In this document: positions 24,167 through 35,100 of the stretch, one piece after another | How the letters are laid out: each line of letters starts with the position of its first letter | Numbering within the stretch: position 1 is the first letter of the stretch | Source: Schmidtea nova | Taxonomy: Eukaryota | Assembly (NCBI GenBank): GCA_044892505.1 | Contig: CM097882.1 | Span: 244,528,001-244,592,000 of the forward strand | Length of the DNA: 64,000 nt | Direction: 5' to 3' | The notes under the pieces: model-generated | Databases searched by the model: none | What the model saw: only the letters and a program-made list of their open reading frames with translations | What the model was told of the DNA's origin: nothing | Program-made: the position numbers and the translations under genes

Positions 24167-25579
24167 CTACTCTAACCATCCTTTCGTTGACTTCGTGTTC
24201 ATCACTGTTGTACTTGCTTTCCTTTCGATCTCCAACTCTACATATAAGTTGTCATCGTACAACATTTCCCACATTGTTTGGTGTGGTATGAATTTTGGTT
24301 CTCCAGTCGCTAATGAACATTCTGTGGTTGGTCTTTTGTAAGCTTCGTGCTTACTATCAATTTTGAATACTCTCGCTATTGTTTCTTTCGAGTTTCTCAC
24401 TCTCATTATAGCCTTTGTTTCTAGTGGCCATTCTAATATGTCGTCGTAACCACCTTTACACAACGCAAAGAATAATGACACATGCGTTTCCTTTCCTGAT
24501 CCATCTCCATTTGGATAAATTCTCATCCGGACTTTGTATCCATTTTTCCACAGATAGAATGGTGGACTTGTTACCGACACTTGACTTCCTGCTTTTGCTG
24601 CTGCGAACTTTTCGTTGAACTTCTTGATTTTCCATACATATGGTGCGACCGGTAAACTCTCGATATCCTCTGCATCTCGCACCCACATTTGGTGTCGTAC
24701 ATTTACTTCCTTTACTAGCGTCTCTATGACTTTGATTTTCTCCATCATTTTCTCTCTGGTGAGCTCGAATTGTTCTCTTGTTTCCAGTAATAACTCCGTC
24801 ATTATCCTCTGAGATTCGATTTCTTTTTCCAGCTTCTGTATGGTTTGTTCCATTCCGTTTAAATTTTCTGTTAGCATCTCTGCGTGTTGTACCGTCTCTG
24901 TTTCTAAATGCTCTTTCATTTCTTTGCTCGTTTTCTTTACTAGACATCCTTGTTTACTCCATACGCACTTCCTTGGTCTTGATTCGCACCGTTCCCAATG
25001 TTCTCTCACCATCACTTCTTCTCCGGTTCCGCAATTACTTGGACAAATTCCTCGGAATTTTCCGCACACTTTCTCTTCTGCTACGTTGAGATGTTCTGTT
25101 TCGATTACTTCTCTCGTCTCTCTTTGTTTGCAGTATTGACACTCTACTATCTCTGCTTTGCACTCATCCTTGTGCTTTTTTGACTGCTTGATGGTTATCG
25201 TCTGTTGACACTTTTCACATATCGCTTTCTTGTTTTCACATTTCCCCAGATGCTGTCTTAGCTCGATTATTTGTCCTTTCCATTCACAGGGTTGGTTTAT
25301 ACATTCTGTTTTTATTTTCCAGATCTCCTTTTGTATTGCTTTGTCTGGTTTCGTCTCGTTGATTAGTAGTTTATCGACACACTCTGGACACTTTCTTGTC
25401 TCACTTTCACTGATTATTTGCAATATACACTTGGTGCACATCCTGCATCCACATTCGGTTTGTCTCGGTTTCAACAGTAAATTTCTACACTTTACACACG
25501 TCACATTTACTCCCCATTGTCGATTTTCTCCTCTCAGAATTTCGATTGTTTGGTAATCTGCTTCACTTTCTGCTCTCAT
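24167..25579 (-). CDS. TRAF-family protein: RING, TRAF zinc fingers, coiled coil, MATH domain
   Basis: CVKC..KPRQTECGCRMCTKC..CPEC; PDKAIQKEI..C..CEWKG; YVWKIKKF; SPPFY..GYKVRMRIYPNGDGSGKETHVSLFF..KGGYDDILEWP. Confidence 0.95.
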   Translation of the reverse strand: MRAESEADYQTIEILRGENRQWGVNVTCVKCRNLLLKPRQTECGCRMCTKCILQIISESETRKCPECVDKLLINETKPDKAIQKEIWKIKTECINQPCEWKGQIIELRQHLGKCENKKAICEKCQQTITIKQSKKHKDECKAEIVECQYCKQRETREVIETEHLNVAEEKVCGKFRGICPSNCGTGEEVMVREHWERCESRPRKCVWSKQGCLVKKTSKEMKEHLETETVQHAEMLTENLNGMEQTIQKLEKEIESQRIMTELLLETREQFELTREKMMEKIKVIETLVKEVNVRHQMWVRDAEDIESLPVAPYVWKIKKFNEKFAAAKAGSQVSVTSPPFYLWKNGYKVRMRIYPNGDGSGKETHVSLFFALCKGGYDDILEWPLETKAIMRVRNSKETIARVFKIDSKHEAYKRPTTECSLATGEPKFIPHQTMWEMLYDDNLYVELEIERKASTTVMNTKSTKGWLE

Positions 25580-25668
25580 TCTACAACGATATTTACATCA
25601 ATTTCCCCATATTTTTGATTTTTCTGGTTCTTTATTTACACGTATTTACACAATTTTCCGCTTATTCA

Positions 25669-26019
25669 CTATACATCCTCAGTTGAATCTGGCTCTGGAT
25701 ACACGTCTATCTCATTTACAATCCAGCTCGTCCAACTATCTGGTATCTCTTCCTCTTCATGTCTCGTTAATCGGTCAATTTCCTCTGCTTGCCAGTTGTT
25801 CACTTCATTCAATGTTCGGTTCTCGTTCTGTAATTCGTTTATCTGTAGTTGTTGAATCTCGATTTTGTTCATTGCTTCGAAATTACAGTTGTAACTCTCG
25901 GTTAATAATTGCGTTTTGGCCGTCAACTGGCTCTGTAATTCGTTTATTGTTCTGGCTAGCAGGTCACATTGCACTTTCCATCTTGTCATCGTTGACATCT
26001 CGATATTTTCTTGGTTCAT
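25669..26019 (-). CDS. 116-aa coiled-coil protein
   Basis: Heptad pattern with acidic tail; sits in the tightly packed 3' cassette. Confidence 0.65.
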   Translation of the reverse strand: MNQENIEMSTMTRWKVQCDLLARTINELQSQLTAKTQLLTESYNCNFEAMNKIEIQQLQINELQNENRTLNEVNNWQAEEIDRLTRHEEEEIPDSWTSWIVNEIDVYPEPDSTEDV

Positions 26020-26142
26020 TGTTTTTCTAGATTATATACATCATTCTCTTTTTTCTGTTTTTATGTTTTATAATATTTATACCCATACGTATACGGTTAT
26101 GCATTGGTTTTTACACTATTATTTACACTCATATTCCACCCT

Positions 26143-29100
26143 CTATACAATCACCACTGGTTTTCCTTCGTACAGTTCTTCGTCCTCGATCTGTACCCAC
26201 ATCTCTTCGTGTTTTGATCGTCTTTTCAGTTCCTCTCGTACTTCTTTTGATAGTTTTATGTTGTAGTTCGTGACCTTTACGTCTGGCCATTTTACTGCTA
26301 TGGTCTTATTTCTCATGCCATATCTCCAACATACTATCATGATCGTTATCAGTGGTATACACGCTATGAATACTCCCATGCTGATTAATCCCATTACTGT
26401 TTTTCCAATGCTCATTCTTGGAGTCTCACTTTGGTTTATCATCACGCCATATTGACCTTTCCATTCTGCTTCCCATTGTTCATATTGTTGTTGTCTCCGT
26501 CTGACTTCTTCGATCACTTTCTCTGGTTCCCATTTTTCTTGTCGATTTGGTATTGTTTCTTCCTTCTCGTTTTGTTCTCTCTTCTGACTCAATTCTCGGA
26601 ATTCTAACTTGCGGGTTCCCCCTTTTATCGTTATGTTCCTTGGCGTGTAATAGGTTTCGCACCTTTCTTGTTGATTTCCTTGTGCGTCTACTTCTTCGAT
26701 TGCACACACTTCGTATTCTGCGTTTGTTTTCAACCTCCTCATTTCTACCTCGATTGTTTCCCTTTTGTCATTTGATGTCTTTTGACAGTTTCGTGGAGAC
26801 TCTCTCATACTGTTTGGCATTAATGTCCAACAGATTTCTAGGACCTTTTTATGGATCTTCCATATTATCAGGGTTGTTGACTCTGGTTCGTTTTCTATTG
26901 TCGTCCTTTCCGTTGTTGCCTGTTGAGTTCTCTGACTGTTGGTTGTCGTGGTCCTTCTTGACTTTCTTTTCCTCTGTCGACTTCTTCCCATTTCAATCGT
27001 TCTCGTTCCGTTAATTTGCTCTGGCGTCTGGTACAGTTTGCACTCCAGGCTTCTTTGTATTATTTCTCTTATTCTTCGGATTACGCAAATTTCGTAGGCT
27101 TGTCCGACTTCGAATCCATTTAGTTGAAACGGGATTCCTCGTTCTCTCGTTCTGCATTGCGGTATTATGTTGTTGGTCGGTATTCCGATGTATTTTCTCC
27201 AACACATCCCAATTGTTCTCCGACCAATGTTTTTTATCTCCACGGTTACTACTTCATTCGCAATCGTTTCTTGATCTTGTTTCTTTCTTTTTGGGAACTC
27301 AATTATCTCCTTTGCTTGGAACACTTTACACTCGCTTGTTCCTGGTCTGTTTCCGTTTGCTGCTTTTTCCATGAGGCATAGTTCACATGTTTTCTCTGTT
27401 TCCATTTCAGTTATCTCGATTTCCTCATTTGTCTCTGCCTCTCGACTTTCTCTTGTTTCGCTGATTCCAATTACTTCATTGTTTCGTCCCCAACATCTTC
27501 CATTCGTTGTTCGTTGATCTTGGATGTTTACTAACGTCATCACGCTGATATCTATGTCCTCCATGATTCTCTTAATGAGGATTAATATTAATGCTACACA
27601 TATCAATTCTGGTTGGAATGTTAATTTGCCCGCTGGATTTTTGGTTATTCTTTCTTTCTCTGTTCGGTTTCTGATTCCCTCTTCTGCTTCGGTTTGATTC
27701 TTCCCTTTCTCTGATTCCACTTCTGTTCTTCTCGTCGTCTCTTTGCTTCTTTTCTCAATCCATTTCTGTATTTTCAGCGCTTCTGTTGCTTTGTATAATT
27801 GACATGCAGTTACTTGAGGTGCTTTTGGTTCTCCTCTCTGCTTTATTGCGCATATTATGTATGACTTTTCCTTCTCCAATCCTTTGATTTGGATGACGTC
27901 TCGCTTCAGATCTGACAATATACACTTCAGCGTATCGTTTTTCTTCAGGTTTTCTTTCCAGCATATTCTTTCATATACTTCATTTCCTCTGATTATTTCC
28001 AGCGTGACGTATTGTTTCTTGGCTTCTCCTTGCCCGATGATTGTTATCAATATCGCAATACACAACATTTCTGGTCTCAAAAGTAGACTTCCTGTTCGTT
28101 TTCCATAGTTCGCATGTTCGTCTTCTGTTCCACTGTTTTCTCGTTCTTCGGCTTCCCCTTTCTTGTCGTTTCTCGTTGGCTTCGGTTCTTCTTGTCTTTC
28201 TTTTTCATTGTCTTCGTTGTTATCTTTGTTGTCTTCTTTCTTGCTGTCACTTTTGTCGTCGAAATCTCTGTAACCACCCCCTGGTCCTTTTGAAATGTCG
28301 TCCTCGACATTAATTTCTTCAATCAATCTTTCATACGCTTGAACCGCGAGTGTGCTAGACTCGAATTCCCGTATTTCCATATCCTTGGATGGTTCTATGT
28401 CTTTTAGTCTACTTTGCTTGATTGTTTCTTTGGCATTTGCCCACTCCTTCACATACTTTCTGAACAAGTCTTTCCATCTTCCTATTCGTTCCTGTTCCTT
28501 TGAGTTGTTCGTAAATTTCAAATCTCTTCTCTTCAAGAATTCTTCTACTATCTCTGGCTTTTTGTGTCTCAATAACGCGCTTCTGATACACCAATTCTGA
28601 TTTTGTTCCATATGGTCATTGATCTTGAACGCTGGTTCCTTGGTGACTGGATTCACCCATGTTAGTAATGCTCTTGTTTTCTCTATGTCGTGTATCATTA
28701 CTGTTAGACTGAAGTTCTTTACGTTATTCGCCAGGTATTCGATATCGTCTTGCTTCTTGATGGACTTTATGAACTTGATCATCTCGAAGTTGTTCCACTG
28801 TATTGCGATGTCTATGATGGAATTATTCTTTCCATTTTTCCCTTCGATTTTTGCTCCTGCTTCGTATAACTCGTTTAGCACTTTGCAGTTCGTCTTCTTC
28901 CTCGCTGCGATTATCATGATTGTGTCTCCGTTATCATCAGCCGTGTTCATGTCTGCTTCGCATTTGACCATCGCTTTCGTTATTTCCAGCACTTCGTTTT
29001 CTTTCTTTCGACGTAATGCCCAGTGTATCGGTAGTCTTCCATCCTTTGATAAAAGGAATGCTACTGGCATTTGGTTCTTGATCGTTTCTATGTCACTCTC

Positions 29101-32100
29101 GTTATAATCCCCTTCTGCATATCTGTGCACTTTCTCTGTAATTGTTCCTAGTATTTCCAACGAATTTTTATTCTCCTTGAATTCCGATAATTTCTCCTGT
29201 GCTTTTGCCACGATTGCGTTTAATCTCTCTTGATAATCGGCTTTTGCATTGAACAACACTGCTTTGCTTCTTATTCGCGTTTGCATCTGTTTCATTCGTT
29301 GGTCTTGATACACTGCTTGTCTGAAGAATTGTCCATACTTCAATGCTTCCACCAGCTCTTTATATCGCTTGCTTATTTCTTTGTGCTGCTTTTGGATGTC
29401 ATAGAAATGTTCGAAGCTCATATCCGGATTCCATTGCTTATCACACCATTTCTTGATTAATCCGAATAGTTCTTTCTTCCTGTCTTCTAACTTGTATTCT
29501 CTTGGGTTTTCACTAACCCGTAGCGTATCTCTCGCTACTAACACTGCAAGGGTTTTTGGATCGTATGTTACTTCTAATAGATGTTTCAGTAACGCATTTT
29601 CTCCCCTTGTGAACACTTCATTACAATCTATGACCCACGAATCTCCTTCTGGTCTTTTCCACTTTAGCAATATTCTCCAGGTTTTACTGTTCTTTACCCC
29701 GATTGCTTGTTTCATGATCGATCCTCTAGTTAGTTCATTGATTTCCCACGTGGCATTTTCCGTAATATACTTTAGTATTCGGTGATTCGCTCTATCAATT
29801 GCATGATTCAAGAACGTTCGTCCTTCTTTATCTTTTGTCAACCAATTCGATCTGGTGTTTCCGAATAGCTTGATTATCTCATCGTTTCTTCCATGAATCG
29901 TCATCATCATAAGTGGAGTAATTCCTTCCCAATTCACTTTGTCAATTTCTCCTCCACCTTCGAGTATCATCTCCACGATCTCTTTCACTTTCTCGTTTCC
30001 GCTGTGCTTGATTGCATTATGTAACGCGGTATTACCGTCTTTGTCTTGTAAATTCAACGTCTGAGGGATCTCCTCTAGCAGCGTCCTTGTTATTGGATGT
30101 GCTGTTCTATCCTTCGCATAGTCCATTACATTCTTTCGAACTTCTGACAGTATATTGAAATCGTGCCACCATTTCCACTCTGGTATAATTTCTCTGGTTT
30201 TCTTTGCCAGTTCTTTGATGTCTATTATCTCCCTTCGGTTGTCTTCTAGACTTGTTTGCGGTTTTTGTTGTACTCGCAACATACTGATTCTCGCCGTCTG
30301 TGATCTTGTCATTACCCGTTTCTCTGGTAATAGAGTTACTGTCTTTGGTATTTTCCTGCATCGACATGCGTTCACGTATATTGGTCTTACCAATGGATTG
30401 TTCACCAATCGTACTCGCACGTTATTTTCATTTACTGTTGTTATTTCATATGGCCCTTTGCCTGGTCGTTGGAGTTTCTTGACCGTACCGGGTATTATCT
30501 CTGGTGTTTCGATTATCACCCAATCTCCAACTTTTAAATCATGTGCTTTCACATTCTTTTTCTGATCATGCAGATCCTTGTAACTCTCTTGATAGAACTT
30601 GATGTTTAGTTCCGCCGTTTTCCAGATTTCTTGCATTCTTTCTTTGAACTTTGTAACGTAATCGTCAACCTCCATGTACTGTGATAATGGTGGTTGGTAT
30701 TCTAAATCGATCGGTAAGTTGCAATCTCTTCCGTACATCAGTTGGAATGGACTTAGCTTTGTTGCCGCATGTATTGACATTCTGTATGCCATTAAACACA
30801 AGTTAATATACTCGTCCCAGTCAGTCTGATGTTTACTGACGTAATTCGACAGCATGCGTATCAATGTCCCATTGAATCTTTCTGTTTGACCGTTCGTTTG
30901 TGGATGGTATGGGGATGTTCGTAATTTCGCAATTCGGAAGTAATTCGTAACTTCGTCTAATATTTCACTCATGAAATTTGTTCCTTGATCCGTTAGGATT
31001 TTCTTTGGTGTTCCGTATCTGCAGCATATCTCTTCCACCAATATTCTCGCGACTGTTTTCGCTTTTTGATCCGGTATTGCGAACGCTTCTGGGAACTTTG
31101 TTAGATAGTCCGTGACTACTAATATGTATTGATTTCCCTTCAAACTTTCCGGCAATGGTCCAACTACATCCATTGCTATCGTTGCCATCGGTTCTGCAGG
31201 TATTGGCATTGGTTTTAGTGGTGTTTTCCACTTCGTTCCGACGTTCTTTCTTGTCGCACAGGTTAAGCAGTTCTTTATCCATTCCTTCACATCATCTTCC
31301 ATGGTTGGCCAAAAATACTTTTGTCTCAATCTCCCGATTGTCTTTTTCACTGACATATGTCCGCCTAATTTTCCGTCATGATATTGAGTCATGATTTCTT
31401 TTCGCCTATTCGCAGGTAAGCACATCAATCTCCGTTCTCCATCCTGTATCAATAACCATCCTTTTTCCATCACGTATCGGTGCTGATATTTCTGCATATG
31501 TTCGCGCAATACTTGGTTCTTGCCGAATATTTCTATTTCCTTTTCTTTCAAATACTGGCTGATCAGTCCCAACTCCTCATCTCCGAGTTGATCTTTCCTT
31601 AATTCGCTGAAATCCAAATCTTCCGCTATTAATGCACATATTTTTAGAGCGTTCAGGTTCACCAATTCTGGAAATATAAACCTCGACATGCAATCCGCAT
31701 TTGCATTTGCTTTTCCTGCTTTAAACTTTATGAACGGCGAGTATTCCTGTAACTGCATCGCCCAACGCATCAATCTACTTGATGATTCTTTATGTTGGCC
31801 TAACCATACCAATGGTTGATGATCCGTCGTGATATATATTTCATGACCCCACAGTAGGTACTTGAAATGCTTGATTGCCAATATTATCGCATAGGCTTCT
31901 CTTTCCGTGACTGAGTAATTCCTTTCATGTTTCCTGAAGGTTCGACTGTAATATCCGATTACTCTCTCTTTGCCTTCTTCATCAAATTGGCCTAGTACTG
32001 CTCCTGCTGCGTATCCACTTGCATCTGTTGCCAACAAAAATGGCTTCTTAAAATCTGGATGGACTAATATTGGCGCTGTAATCAGCTTGTCTCGTAATGT

Positions 32101-35100
32101 CTCAAATGCTGCTTGCTGTTCTGTTCCCCACACAAACGACACGTCTTGTCTTACTAATTCTTGCATTGGCTTTGATATTCCTGCATAGTCCTTGATGAAT
32201 TTTCGATAATATCCACACAATCCCAAAAATTCTTGTATTTGAGTCACTGTCTTTGGTGGTGGACATTCTTTGACTTTTTCGATATTCCTTGGATCTGGTT
32301 CTTTTCCTTTTGCTGATACAATGTGACCTAAAAATGTCACTTTCTCTTTTGCCCAATCGCACTTTGACGGCTTCAATTTCAGTTTCCACTGTCTTAATTT
32401 CACGAACACATTTCTGATGTCTTGTAAGTGATCTTCAAATGTTGCGGAGTAGATCAATAGATCGTCGATATACACCATGCATTGTTTTATGCCATGTGTT
32501 ACGAAATTCATGCATCTCTGGAATGATGCTGGCGCGTTTGTTAACCCAAACGGCATTTTCTTGAATTGGTACAGATCTCGTCCGATTGTAAATGCTGTCT
32601 TTTCTTTATCCTCGTCTTTCATTTTGATCTGCCAATATCCGCTTTTTAAATCTAGTGACGTGAAATAAGCTGCTCCTTGTAACGTCAATAACATTTCGTT
32701 TATATCTGGCAATGGGTACGTATCTCTTTTCGTAACTGCATTCAACCGTCTGTAATCGATACAGAATCTCTGAGTTCCATCCTTCTTTTTTACCATCACC
32801 ACTGGGAATTGCCAGGGTGAGCAACTAGGTTCGATGACCTCTGCATCTAACATTTTTTGTACTTCTTCTTCTGCTACTGCTTTTTGGGCTTCTGCCAATT
32901 TGTATGGTCGTAATGCTATTGGCGTTTCGTCCGTCAACGGTATCGTGTGTAATGTTACATCACATGTTCCCAAATCTAAATCTGATGCTGCAAATATATC
33001 TTTATATTCCATCAACAGTTTCTGTAACTGTTCTTTTTGTCGTTCGTCTAACAACACACTGTCGATTTTCCATGGTAATTCGCCTTTGCCTTTCTCATTC
33101 TTGTCTGGTATTTCGATTTCGGACATTGGTGTCAATTTACCCAATCTCTCATTCTCGTATATTATCTTGTCCTCTTCGTCGAAATTTACCAGATTGATCG
33201 GTATTTCTCCTTCCTGGTTTATCGTAACCAATTCTCTTGCCATTGGTAATTCTTTCTTTGCTTCGAACTTCTTACTTGGTTCGAATATCATATCTCCTTT
33301 TATTGTCGAATCGATCTTGACATAGCACATCATTTCGTGCCTCGCTGGCACTACTATTTGTTCCGCACTTGCCACTTTAACTTTCATTCTGCAGATTTTT
33401 CCTGTCCTATCTTTTAGTTTCATTGCTCCTAGATCAATTACGATTTCCTTGAACAGGTCTGGCATCAGGTCAGTTCCAATAATACATGGTACACTCAGCG
33501 ATGGTATTACAGCGATGTACGTGTTGATCTCTGCACCTCGATGCTTAATTTTTACAAACCATCTTCCGGCTACTTCTACTGTCTCTTGACTGCACGCGAT
33601 TACATGTACATTCGTCTTCTCGATTTCTCCTTGATTTTTCTCTGGTATATAATTAATGTCGATCGCCGAAATATTCGCGCCTGTATCGATCATAGCTTCG
33701 ATTTCTCTTCCATTTATTTCTACGGTTGTTGTTAAAATCGGTCCCATATTTGTGGACATAACCGCTATCGTATGCGTGTCTTTTAACGAGTTTACACTTC
33801 CACCTCGTTTTACTTTGCATCCTTCTGGAATTATCGGGTATATACTTGTCATCGGCATCATCTGCATCATATTCGGCTTCGCTTTGTATATCGGTTCGTT
33901 ATACATTGACTGAGGTGGAGCGCTGTATCTCCAATTCTCAACTGCACTCTTTTCGTTATACTGTGGAATCTGGTTTATATTCGCTTGTCCTCCTCGATCG
34001 TCATCGTCATCATCATCATTGCTTGAGTCATCTTGCGTTCGATATCCTCTCACTCTTTCCCATAATCCTTTCCTTTCTTTCTTTAGTTGTCGCCTTGCTT
34101 GTTCATCTTGCATTATCTTTTTGAATTTCCTTCCGACATCTTCATTTGTTCCTCTCATTTTTGCAAGTATCTTCAACAACCTCTTTATTCGATGTATGTC
34201 TTTTGAGTGTCCGTGTAACACCATCGTTTTCGCAAGGAATGGTAAAAACCCTACTACCATTTTCCAATTCACTTTCTTTTCTCTCTTGTAGATGTCGAAA
34301 CACGCTAACATTTGCGTTATTATCACTCTGACGATTTGTATAATCAATATAACACCCAGTATTCCAGCCATCATTTGTCCAAAGATCAGGAATCTTCCCC
34401 ACATTGCCTTCATCATATTTTCCGTAGCTTTTTTGAAATGTGCCGGTGACAACAGCAGTTCGTAATTCGGTCCTTCTCGATAATCCGTTCCTCCCGTTAT
34501 CGTTACGATATTTGACAGTAATGCTTCTCTTCTTGCCGGGAATAATATATTCTGCCTTGCTGCTTCTAAATCCTTTGGACTATAGATTCCGTTGTTTGAG
34601 ACATCTACGTCACTGAACTGTCTATCCTTTGACAACTGCATTAGCTCAAATTCTCTTGGTGCTAATACTTCAGTTCTTCCTGGGAACATAACCCATTTGC
34701 CATCTGGCTTCTGATAAAGCGGTCCGTACGCGTTACTACAGTTGAATGGATTTGGTTCAAACCCTGGTGGATTGATGATTCTCGTCACCGGTTGAACGTA
34801 TCGTACTTTTCCTTTATAATCGATTTCTAGTTCGTTTGTACATTGTCCAGGTTTCAACTGCGTTGTTGCTGCTAGCGATGCGTGTGTCTTTTCGCAAATG
34901 TATACGTACATTGCTTCTCCGACCACTCTTCCGAAATGTCCTTCTCTCAGTGGTAATAATGGCATCGCGCTATCTGGATTCGTAATCGCTACGGCCAACT
35001 TTGTCTTTAATATTTCCCGATTCAGTATGCAATCGTTATTTATCAGATCATAGTACACTTTTTGCAATGAGGCTTGTCCTCTATGGAATAAGAAATCCAT

